Below, one piece after another: positions 12,169 through 22,865 of a stretch of DNA of 64,000 nt. The stretch comes from Paraphysomonas bandaiensis (taxonomy: Eukaryota > Protista > Chrysophyceae), in the NCBI GenBank assembly GCA_965644295.1, contig CBFFRP010000181.1, positions 186,001-250,000 of the forward strand. The letters are read 5' to 3'. The position numbers were made by a program, and so were the translations under genes. The notes under the pieces were generated by a model that saw only the letters and a list, made by a program, of their open reading frames with translations, did not search any database and was not told the origin of the DNA. Within the stretch, counting starts at the first letter, position 1. The number at the start of each line of letters is the position of its first letter.

Positions 12169-13525
12169 TCAAGCATAGTAGTCCAGAGAGCCCTTTTTCT
12201 TGGCGGCGACAACATTGATTCCCTCCATGAAATCCTCATGTTTAATTTTTGTGGCTTCGCGTCTCAAAGCAATCATACCTATACATATCAACATAACGAC
12301 ACCGCTCGAATACAATAGAAAATAAGATATAAATACCTGCTTCCACAGCCACAGCCTTCAGCTGAGCTCCATTAAAATCTTCAGTGCATCTTGCTAATTC
12401 CTCGAAATTCACATCATTGAAATCGACTTGCATATTGCGAGAATGGATCTTCAATATCTGCACTCTTGCAGTCTCAGAGGGATGCGGGAGTTCGACTTTC
12501 CTGTCCAAACGACCTGATCGAAGAAGAGCAGGATCCAGAGTGTCGGGCCGATTAGTTGCAGCGATGACTTTTACCTTGTCGTTAGACGAGAAACCATCCA
12601 GCTGATTCAGCAACTCAAGCATTGTTCGCTGTACCTCGCGATCACCCGACTGTTCTCCACCATAACGTTTTGTTCCAATTGCATCGAGTTCATCAATAAA
12701 GATGATAGCGCCTTTGCGTCCTTCCTTGGTGATTTTCTCTTTAGCAAGGTCAAACGCATCCCGGACCAGTTTCGCACCATCACCGATGAACATCTGTACC
12801 AACTGCGGCCCTGATATCTTAAGAAATATTGCCTCGGTATTTTTGGCACATGCACGGGCAAGTAGCGTCTTTCCAGTACCAGGGGGGCCGTACAATAGTA
12901 CTCCTTTGGGTGCGCGTATGCCAATAGTTTCGAACTTATCTGCCTGGGTCATAGGCAACACCACCGCCTCAATCAGCTCTTGAATCTGCTTGTCCAGACC
13001 GCCAATGTCAGTATATTCTTCTGTGGGTTTCTCATCCACCTCCATAGCCTTAATACGAGAATCATACTCCGCAGGAAGCTTGTCGAGAATTATATAGGAA
13101 TCCTTGTTGGTTCCGACGAGCTCACCCGGCTTCAATTCCTCCGCACGAATCAGTCCAGGAATGGGAAGAAACACAGTCTGCCGAGTCGAAGTCTTAACTA
13201 CAGCACCTTTTCCTTCCAATGTATTGGCATCTGTCGCAGCACCATCTTCATCCGCATCCACATAAGGGTCAACTATCTCTATTACATTTGCCACTAGATA
13301 AGGAAGTTGTTTATTCAATTTAACTTTCTCTCTGTTATCCTTAATATGCTCACGTTGATTATTAGATTCATTTTTTATACGAGCAATCTCTCTTTTCATG
13401 AATGATATCTCATTCTCCACTTGTCTGGTTCTCTGTCTTATCTCCTCTGCAGACATTCCCTGGAGATCTGCTTCGATCTCATCTTGACCCTCACCCCAAA
13501 TTTCAGCTTCTAATTCTGTTGCCAT
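12169..13525 (-). CDS. PSMC3: 26S proteasome AAA-ATPase subunit RPT5 (6A)
   Basis: [23 protein letters not shown], Walker [21 protein letters not shown], Walker B IIFIDE; one intron ~12279-12337; last exon ends ...SLDYYA* (HbYX tail). Confidence 0.97.
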
Positions 13526-14190
13526 TTGAATATATATCGAATTATATGTTAAATTTAATGAAGCTTATATGCAGTAGTTAATAGAGGCTCCAATTAATTA
13601 CATATACACTCTACGTACATTTACATATATATGCAATGCAGTGTTGCATATATAATTCCACGCATTGTATGCTATGATGAGCATACATGACACAGAACTA
13701 CAGTGGTATACGTATTGCTTGAATTGTGGGATATGAAATACAATCGTATACAACTGTATATAGTATACCATTGTATACCTCATATACGCACACAGGAGTC
13801 CAGGAAACATCAGCAGTATGAAGTATGCACGAAGTGAGATACGTGAAGTACGAAGTCGTACACCATGTAGTCGTATCAAGGGTTGCAGCATCTTTTGTAC
13901 AATAGCATTCTACTACTACAACTACACTGCATCTATCCATATATACGTACTAGTACTTAACCATATAGAAACCATCACTATCCAGTCACAGTCCAGTCCA
14001 TATTATTCACCACTTATTGGTACATTGATAATTTGTATGTAATAATTATTAACAGCTGTCTGCATTATCAGATCAGATAAGTTACTATATGCAGTATATT
14101 AACAGCTATTAGTATTCTATATGGATAATCATACTTACTAAGTATAGTTACATTATCTATATACATTACACACATTATCTGCAATAAAGA

Positions 14191-15288
14191 ATGGGAAATA
14201 CAACAAAAAAACAATCACAAAATCCTAAACAATCATTATCAGTATTACTACGAGATATTATTCAAAAAAGGAAATCAAATGAGAATGTGAATAATTCATT
14301 TCAACCACATCAATTGGATGGTTTTGAGGGTGATATTATGAAAATAGTGCAATATGAAACTAATGGTCTCAGGATGAAAATATTGCGCGATATACCAATT
14401 GAGTTTTTGACCAAAACTGTTGTAATACTATATGGACCTCCAAAGAGTGATGTGAAAGAGATATCTTCATTTCTGAAACACAAACTCAATTTCAAAAGAT
14501 TCACTGAAAATGATTTCCCATCTGCGGAATCTAGTGATGATAATCCGCCGCCGCCTGAAGAGCGACTCAAAGATTTCTTTACGCGGATCCAGAGAGAAGA
14601 TTGTGAACAGGGGTTCATACTTGTCAACAGCCCCCGAACCGTGGTGGACGGTGAAGCATTTAATTGGGCAACAAAGAATTACAAGAAAGTTGTTTTATTC
14701 GTGGATCATGATTATAATGTAAGTTAGCGATGTGTTATTATTGCATTATGTGTGTGCTTGATGTTTTGGCCTGTCGTCGTGCCCACTGGTTTCATATAAT
14801 TTTTCGTTGACTTTGTATTACTTACGAACAGAAACTTTTAAAAAAAAGATGTTCTCGGTGGATCCATGTGGCTAGTGGAAGGAAGTATGATACCTATAAG
14901 AAACCCCCTCATAGCATGCAAGGTGACCCGGACAATCCCACTAACATGAAGGACGACGAGACTGGTGAGGAACTCGTTCAGGTGGGGCTTTAGTTCACTC
15001 CAGTCGTTTTTATTTCATCGTGCATTATTTTGGTAGGTGGTAGACAAGAAACAGTATAGGATGGAACTGCGGGCCTATAGCAAGATGGTAACCGTAATGC
15101 GTACATACTATGCACACTCTGCGATGTCAACCTTTGCTGACCGAGACGTGAGTGAGATTAAAAATGATATTGTAACTATTTTGTGCCGAGTCATCGCCAA
15201 TCAACCTAAACCTGAAGGCCGTCGACCATTCCGGGCCACAGCTGATGAGGGACTTGCTATATCATTTCGTGACGATTCCGGCAGCTAA
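14191..15288 (+). CDS. Adenylate-kinase-like protein with degenerate P-loop (3 exons)
   Basis: VVILYGPPKS, DCEQGFILVNSPRT, LID-like RWIHVASGRKYD, MKDDETGEELVQ; introns at ~14719-14831 and ~14982-15036. Confidence 0.75.
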
Positions 15289-16481
15289 TATCAGAATGTA
15301 CCGTAGAAACCTCAAATACTTTTATTCATTCTTTAGTAGTTGTCACTCGTAAATACCGATCCAATTATTGCTTAGAGGGAAGAAATTTACGTTTAATGTT
15401 GTGAAGCACTATTTCTAGTGCATAATATTCATATTTGATAGTGTAACATGCATTCATGATGATTAGGCGTGGTCATTTCCAACTACAGTTAATGTAGTGA
15501 TATGATTTTCGCTTATATATTACATAGATCACTGTTACAAATGCTCAGATGTTGTAATTTGAGAAGTGGGATATGTTTATACATGAAAGTAATAATGTAA
15601 ATGAAAGGAGTAGTCTGTACAACTTCTTGTTCTTTGTGATATTGAACCGTTTTGCAGGTAAGAGGAGTAGTGGTTTAATATTGTGATTAGCTAAAGGAAG
15701 CATATAATTTGCATTAATTAATACTCTCTGTGTACAATGCTTCCGTTCTTTAATATAATATTTAAATATATCATACTGATAAGACGAGCGCCTGGACTAT
15801 GAGTAATTCTAAAAGTAGAAGCTGTTTTAAGAGCACAGTTAAGGTAACCGATATGGAGTCAATAGTCAATATTTAATATAATTAATCTTTATCTCTCAAT
15901 AATACGAGATGTATCTTTCATTAAGTAGTAAGACTAGTAAGTGATGAATGAGGCTGAGCGACTACGATTCGTGTACTTCATGTTATACACGTTGGTATAA
16001 ATGTATAATCATGCAAGGCAGGGCTGTGTAACAATTAATTGATTTTGAGAAATTACAATTTATTGTCCATTATTGAAATTGGGACAGCAAATAATAATCG
16101 CTATGCATTATAATTGACTACTACCTGCTTCAATTAATTGATATTGACCAGATACATGACTAATATGAAGAATATTACATACTAAATACTAACCGTTAAT
16201 GTAGTTGACTTACATAGCATTTTTTGAGCATAGCAGCAGTTAGAACGCCAACGCTCAATAGTATCCTGTCTACTGCCCTGTATGCATGGTTGAATTTGCA
16301 TGTTCCACAAGTAGCTCAATTTACAGTAGCAACGGTATATATTATAAGAATTTCTTTCGAATACAATAATTCTCATAATTTACGCAACCCTTAATACTGC
16401 AGCACGTCGACGTTATTCCTATTCTACAGCTACGGATTTCACGACATACTTCAGCAGTAGACAAATTATAAGTTCACTGCA

Positions 16482-16979
16482 CTATACCGTGGAATTATAT
16501 CCATTAATAGCAGCAGGGCTAGCGGTCGGAGCGGGTCCACCTCCCATGATGTCTTTAAACTTATCAAACGCCAATCCTTCAGGCCCACCCCCATAAACAC
16601 GCAACAAATTCTCAAGTTCATCATCTGAAAGTTTCTCACCAACACCAAGCATTATACGTCTTAATTCTGGTATTGATATAACTCCTGGTTGAAGTTTACC
16701 ATATGTACGAAGAAATTCTGCAGTATGTCCTTTCTGTCCTTGAGTTTTCTTCTTATTACCAATCATAGCTAAGAACTCTTCTTCTTCAATAGTTCCATTA
16801 CCATCTTCATCAACTTCTTTAATCATTAAATATAATTCTTCATTGGTTGGATTTTGTCCAAGTTGTTTCATTACTTTACCAATCTCTTTCTCTGTAATAC
16901 ATCCATCACCATCATCATCAAAGAGTTTAAATGCTGCTGAATATTCTTTTTTATCTTCTTCACTTAAGAATTCTACCAT
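16482..16979 (-). CDS. Calmodulin-like EF-hand protein
   Basis: [50 protein letters not shown]; the C-lobe EF loops are degenerate. ATG taken at 16979. Confidence 0.9.
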   Translation of the reverse strand: MVEFLSEEDKKEYSAAFKLFDDDGDGCITEKEIGKVMKQLGQNPTNEELYLMIKEVDEDGNGTIEEEEFLAMIGNKKKTQGQKGHTAEFLRTYGKLQPGVISIPELRRIMLGVGEKLSDDELENLLRVYGGGPEGLAFDKFKDIMGGGPAPTASPAAINGYNSTV

Positions 16980-17530
16980 GATTGTAGTTATATATATATA
17001 TATGTGTGTGTGTGATGTACTAACCACTTTATATATGTGTAATTGGCGTACTAGACTATAGCATCGCATGTATTGAGAGGTTGATGAGAGTCATAGTCAG
17101 CTATGTACATATATATATATATGGATATACTGTATGGTGAACTTTCACTTCCTTTGAGATCATTACAAGTACAGGCATCCACATCACTTTATAGAACACA
17201 AATACATCCAGATCACAGATACAAACACAGCCAGACTACAGCTGTATATATAGTTTTTATGACAGTGATTCTAAAAAATCGCCCTTTTCATTAAATACAG
17301 CATAAAAAACCTGTATATTGAACATCAAAAAACAATATCCAGCAAAAAAAAACTGGGATTTTTCCCAGTCACGAATATAGTGCCACTGCATAGAAAACCG
17401 CCCTATAGCAGGACTTCGTAGCTATGTCCTATTCCTTAACGTATAGGCGGATAGTCCACGAGTTCTAATCATTGGTGCCATTGATTGATTCATGACATCT
17501 TGCAGTAGCCCATTATCTCTTATTACTTCT

Positions 17531-18012
17531 TCCCCATTCCGAGAGTGCGCTCTAGTAAAGTGTTTGTTGTTGATTGTTAATCAAATCCCGGCGTATGTTT
17601 CTGTGTAGTAACGAGCAAGCTCCAGCTAGAATTACACTACAGTTGCATATTCCATACATGATTCTAGGGAAGGAGGGGTTTTGAGTCAATGTCACGCCAT
17701 GAATATGCTGATTTATTCTGGGTCTCGAGAAGCTCCGCGTAATCTTGTTAGGGGATGACAAGGTAAAACATGGCCCTGCTAGAATCTGTGCGAATTTCAT
17801 ATACAAGTCATGCATAACTATGACAAATCCGGCGTAATCTTAGCGAAGGTGATGACGGATAGGGCTGTAGGGCAGCTATCACCGAATCTATGCGCGCTCA
17901 ACATGATTAGCCAAGCTGGTGAACCGGTGGGCGGGTGTGTGACTACGTAGAATCAGTGTTATATGTGGTGTACCAGCGAGTCTACACTATAGCCACATTG
18001 TCGGAAAGGGGC
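17531..18012. mobile_element. Non-coding TIR-bounded element, copy A (unclassified MITE-like or structured-RNA element)
   Basis: Ends TCCCCATTCCGAGAGTGCGCTCTAGT ... ACTATAGCCACATTGTCGGAAAGGGGC are imperfect inverted repeats; flanks tacttct/aacttct (6/7); block homology to 20711-21120. Confidence 0.6.
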
Positions 18013-18856
18013 AACTTCTGTTGAAACACGACCGGTATATATTTTCAGATTGGGAAGGGCACATGCTGCATGCATAATGTTACTCTGTGTAAGTGAAATA
18101 CGAGAGCTGAGGGATAGCATGTGATATGAGGGTGTGTAGTAGGTGTAGAATATTCAAACTATTGAAAATAGCGACGATGTGACGTCAAGAATATATTTTA
18201 CAGAATATGCCACGATATGATGATTATAATGAATATTTTTTATTATTATTATTCATACATACTCGCCCCTCAGGAGTGGAAGCAGTTAATGTGATAGTGC
18301 TCGGCCATAGTCGTTAATATTAAAGCCATTCGTATGAGGATAAGTTGGAAAAAAGGAAATACGGATTGTTTCAAGTTGTTTAGTGGTATTAGTTAATATT
18401 ATCACACTGCCTCCTTCAGAATATAATTGATACGTTTTCAGTTATAACGTATACTTTCTTTCATATACTTAATGTAAGACATATATTGACTTGATTTCAA
18501 TGCAGGAGTAAAGCTACCATGAGTCACTATGGTCTACGGTTGCTAAATATTTGCTTGTGGTTTTAAACCTCTTTACTTCTATAATCGGCCTCGAGAAAAT
18601 GTGTTTTCATGTGAAATAGGAAAAAGAGTCGTAAAATTCACTGCCACAATATTTATTCACTATAAGTGATATGGGTAAAGATACCAAGCACTACCCAGCT
18701 CATTTCACACGTAGTTCAACACTTCACGTTATTGTAGGCATATGTGACGTATACAATAGCCTGCATTCGTCACATACAACTCAGAAGACACACATACTAA
18801 GGTACTATATAAAACACAACAAGGTTTCATCACATATAGAGATACAGGGTTCATAC

Positions 18857-20095
18857 TCAAGAGGCTAAATCCAGATCTTGTAGTACCTTTAATTTTGCCA
18901 TTTTCGTAGTCATTACGGATTCACCACATCTCTTAACAGTGCTACTCATACATGAGTGTGTCGCATGCACTGTCGGTTTTCTACATATTGGAACAGAATT
19001 AATAGAGCTATTACTGTTTCGTCTTGGCTTCTGCTTCCCAGTTCCCTTGGATGAAGGAGATGCGTTGCCGCCAATAGGTGGGCACTTCTGTGGTCTAATA
19101 GCAGATGATGAACTTTGGCACCGTGAGGGGGAATTAGATTGTGACCCCACTGTAGAAATAGACGCTTTCGGGGAAGCAGGTAACGTGGGGTTTGTTATTA
19201 TCTGTGGTCCCGGTACACCGGGACCCGAAGATGAACTCTGGCACCATGAGGGAGGACTAGAATGTGGCTCCAGGGCAGGAACGGATGTCATTATCAATGG
19301 TCCCGGTACTCCGCGATCCGAAGATGAACTCTGGCACCGTGAGGGAGCACTAGAATGTGGCCCCAGGGCAGGAACGGATGTTATAATCTGTGGTGCCGGT
19401 ACACTGCGACCAGAAGATGAACTCTGGCACCGTGAGGGAGCACTAGAATGTGGTCCCAGTGAAGGAATGGATATTTTCGGGGAAGCAAGTGAAGTGGGGT
19501 TTGCTGCTATCTGTGGCCCAGGTAAACTACGACCCACTGTGTCTCCCCATACCCGAAGAAAATTTCGAAGTAAATGAATTTGATACAAGTTGTCGTGGCC
19601 AATCAATGCACGCGCAAAGTCATTGAACTTAATCGCGACACTATTAATTCCTATATCAGTAAGAAACTGTTTTGCATTTCCTCGTCCTTGAAAAACACCG
19701 CTGCTGTATAGGCTATTTACAATAGTATCAACAACTACACCCTCCTTTACATTGGTAACTTCTAGGGTAGAAAACCACTTGTTAAGTTCGCTGAATTCGC
19801 GATCTGATATTTTAGATTTGGGCCTGTTGCCATGTTTCTTAAACCATTTGCTCCAGTCGGCATATCGCAGATTAATCCTATCCAAATCAAAGTCATCTCC
19901 ACTCCGCTTTAATCGCGATTTGTGCAGTCGTCGGTAAGAAGCTTCTAGAGACTCAGTGAGTTCATTGAAGTCTTTCGCGTGCTCTGAGCTGCGAGATGGA
20001 GGTGGCCGAGACGGAGATGATACAGATGTACAACCACTCTGTATGCTGGCAGTATCCAGACACGGCAACGAATAAAGCACAGGGGAGTCCCTCAT
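18857..20095 (-). CDS. Hypothetical protein: degenerate EF-hand-like domain followed by Ser/Pro-rich repeats
   Basis: 412-aa intronless ORF; ISDREFSELNKWFSTLE...IKFNDFARAL resembles a centrin/calmodulin-type lobe; four PSRCQSSSS repeats. Confidence 0.65.
   Translation of the reverse strand: MRDSPVLYSLPCLDTASIQSGCTSVSSPSRPPPSRSSEHAKDFNELTESLEASYRRLHKSRLKRSGDDFDLDRINLRYADWSKWFKKHGNRPKSKISDREFSELNKWFSTLEVTNVKEGVVVDTIVNSLYSSGVFQGRGNAKQFLTDIGINSVAIKFNDFARALIGHDNLYQIHLLRNFLRVWGDTVGRSLPGPQIAANPTSLASPKISIPSLGPHSSAPSRCQSSSSGRSVPAPQIITSVPALGPHSSAPSRCQSSSSDRGVPGPLIMTSVPALEPHSSPPSWCQSSSSGPGVPGPQIITNPTLPASPKASISTVGSQSNSPSRCQSSSSAIRPQKCPPIGGNASPSSKGTGKQKPRRNSNSSINSVPICRKPTVHATHSCMSSTVKRCGESVMTTKMAKLKVLQDLDLAS
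19104..19520 (-). repeat. Intragenic tandem repeat, 93-nt unit (one unit 123 nt), about 4 copies
   Basis: GATGAACT(c/t)TGGCACC recurs at 19107, 19230, 19323 and 19416. Confidence 0.9.
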
Positions 20096-20710
20096 ATCGA
20101 GATCTTATACTCGTATGCAATGCTAAATCATTGTGTTTCGTTGCTATTATTTACATCAACTTCTTCATCTAGTTCCTCTCCTTATGAAAATACCATAAGA
20201 AATGACATTATGTTATGCATGATAGACCATTGGCATGCAATATCTTTATCACTGCAATGGTGTGTGCATGGGAAGGGATGGATGAACGCACACGAACGAG
20301 GGTTTGTATATATGTATGTCGTACTTATAGAACAACTGGAATTAATTCCTGCAATCATAATTATGGATTTTGATTTAAGTGCTTCTGATTGGTGGAGACT
20401 GCGTGTGCCTATGGTCTCATAGCAAACACTGTGTGCGATATTTTCCCTCCTAATGAAATACAGAAACTACAGTGTGTGTATAAGAAGGAAGGAGTTGTGT
20501 CTGATATCTTAAGGAGATTCAGTCCAAATATTGGGCACGTATCCGCTGATCGCAACCCTTATGGCAGGGACATACTTCAGATAGATCCAACGATTATACA
20601 CTAGCGTTATTCATTCTTATCATGCCTAGCTTGTAAACATACATGTAGTGTAGGTCATTACTATGAACAATAGTATGACCATTGACCATTCTACGGTCTG
20701 ATTATTCATT

Positions 20711-21120
20711 GTCCCATTCCGAGAGCGTGTTCTAGTAAAGTGCTAGTGTTGATTAACCTAAGCAATGAATAGATTTTTATTACAACCCTGGCGTACTCTT
20801 TGTGTGTGCCGTGCTTGGCCTATACTGAGTCATGCAGGGTCACAAGAATCTCCGCCAAATCTTTGTTAGGGATGAGAATATGGTTATGGATTTGCTAGAA
20901 TCTGCGCGAATTACTTTTATATGTCTCGCATTGCTATGAGAACCCCTCGTAATCTTAGCGAAGGTGAACACGGGTGGGGCGGCAACAGAATCTGCGCGTG
21001 ATATATGCGGTCAGCGACGTTAGTACATGGGCAGGCGGGTGGTAGAATCAGTGCTAAATCGCGATGTTATATGAGGTGTACCAGCGAGCCTACACTATGA
21101 CCATACTCTTGGAACAAGGC
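20711..21120. mobile_element. Non-coding TIR-bounded element, copy B
   Basis: Ends GTCCCATTCCGAGAGCGTGTTCTAGT ... ACTATGACCATACTCTTGGAACAAGGC; exact 7-bp flanking duplication ATTCATT (20704-20710 and 21121-21127). Confidence 0.62.
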
Positions 21121-21731
21121 ATTCATTCATATAATGAATACAACATTCGGACATCAGATGATGACTGGTTGTTATTGTGGAAGATATTTAAAGGGAGAAA
21201 ATACACTTGACGTTCGAAGAAGCGTACATATTGGTGCCTTCTGATACATATAAATAATACTCAACCTTTGATCAGCATAACATATCAATTTTATAACATA
21301 TTAATCATTTTCTCGTCTATTACCGAATACATTGTGACTTACTGCAAAATAATGGTTTCAAAATAGGTATAGAATACATCAGCCTTATTCTTTGATACAC
21401 GAACACATTAATACCGTACTCGTTGTCTGAATTTGTATAATGTAGGAAAGTTCATAAGTTACTTTTGAGAGCGATAATGCACGAGAAAGTGGAACTACGT
21501 ATATACACACAAAGTAGAACTTGATGTAGGCAGTTGCATCAGTACACACTTGCCTACTGCTGAGGTGGTAAAACCTTTGCTATTATAATATTACTCTTAG
21601 TAGATAGGTCAAAGTGTGCAATCAAACAACAAAAGATCGCAAACATATGACTTCACGAGAACAGCTATATGATCAAAATCAAATTCTGGTTGCGAAAAGT
21701 TAATGCAACTATACAGATTCATCAGTATACC

Positions 21732-22865
21732 CTACAGACTTGCAAGAGTCTCAAACAAATACTTAGTCTCCATTTCACCATCATCACAAAGATCTGTGCA
21801 ATGCACGGCATTGTGAACAGTGTCAACACCAAATCGTGCTCGAAGAGTGTCTGGCCTTATCGTTCTTGCGAGTTCTGGCTCTAGGGGTCCACAGAAACTT
21901 CTGAATGACTCCACCACATTCTCTGGTCCCACTACCATCAACGCCAAAACGGGACCACTGCATATCTCGGTAAGAGTCTTGCTGTAAGAGGTAAATATAC
22001 CGCGATAAACTTCAAACAATGGCTCTGCGATTGTCAAACTCATGTGAATCGCAAACATGGCTTCAACTTGAAAACCAGCTTTGTAAATAGCATCAAGACA
22101 GGCACCTGCATCGCCCGATTTGATAACATGGGGTTTGATCAAACAGAGTGTTGCGTTGCTGTGAGCAGTACAAGGCGTGCACTTGTCCATATAAGCCTGT
22201 CACGCAATCGTCACTGGCTACAAACAACGCTTAAAAACATAAATACCGTTATCTCGTCCATAGGTACGTCGACAGCAGTTATCTCAGAACTAATTCGACT
22301 TATATCCGCAGCGAAATCTTCACCATTTTGACCAGCTATACCTACTAACTCGAGTACAACGTCTCCGCCATCTAAGTAGTCAGGGACTGAAGACCCTGCG
22401 GTGCGAACACGTGCAATCGACAACCTATGTTCTTTCGCAGCTTGTAATACGCTTCCTGCATGACCAACTTGACTAGCAGGAATTACAACCAAAAAATGAA
22501 CTTCTCGAGCCATCATGTAATCACGTGTGGCAGAATTAGCATAGTTTGTAAGTACTATGACCCTATCGAATCTGAGAAATGCATAATCACCGACGTAGTA
22601 CACAAACTCATATCTCTTACATCGTTATGGAGCTACCAATGAAAAGATCTCTCTCTGTGACAGATGGGTAGTGTATTTTCTTTAGAAAGGTTGACTTAGA
22701 AGGCCCATTCTTCAACTGCAAGCAACAATAAACAATAAAAACACATACACCGCGAAAACATACCAATTCAACAGTATTATCCTCCGTCCAAAATTTCAAA
22801 TACATAGGTTTGACATCGCACGCAATCGGGTCGTACCATTCTACCTCAAATCCAAGGACAGGCAT
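21732..22865 (-). CDS. NME7: Nucleoside diphosphate kinase 7 (DM10 + NDK domains), multi-exon
   Basis: DM10: FEVEWYDP, FLKK, DLFIGSSIT; NDK: TLCLIKPH, SGP, FRSFCGP, PDTLRARFG, NAVHCTD. Confidence 0.92.

Noticed and set aside
17820-17870. TPP riboswitch or SECIS resemblance (TAAT...AGCGAAGG; ATGA-N12-AA)
   Set aside because: No ACCTGAT/P4-P5 pairing for TPP; the 3' side lacks the GA quartet needed for SECIS, and there is no upstream selenoprotein on that strand.
18939-19577. 212-aa antisense ORF with DELWHREG repeats
   Set aside because: Antisense shadow of the 93-nt repeat in the longer minus-strand ORF, and it has no ATG start.
20711-21100. HDV-like ribozyme, telomerase RNA or RNase P identity for the TIR elements
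   Set aside because: Minus-strand GAATGGGAC and CTCGCTGG do not form the nested pseudoknot; only 7 nt (CCCTAAC) is telomere-like; no CR-I/CR-V motifs.
17531-21120. Copies A and B as LTRs of a single retroelement
   Set aside because: Too diverged, no TG...CA, PBS or PPT, each has its own TSD, and the enclosed ORF is not retroviral.
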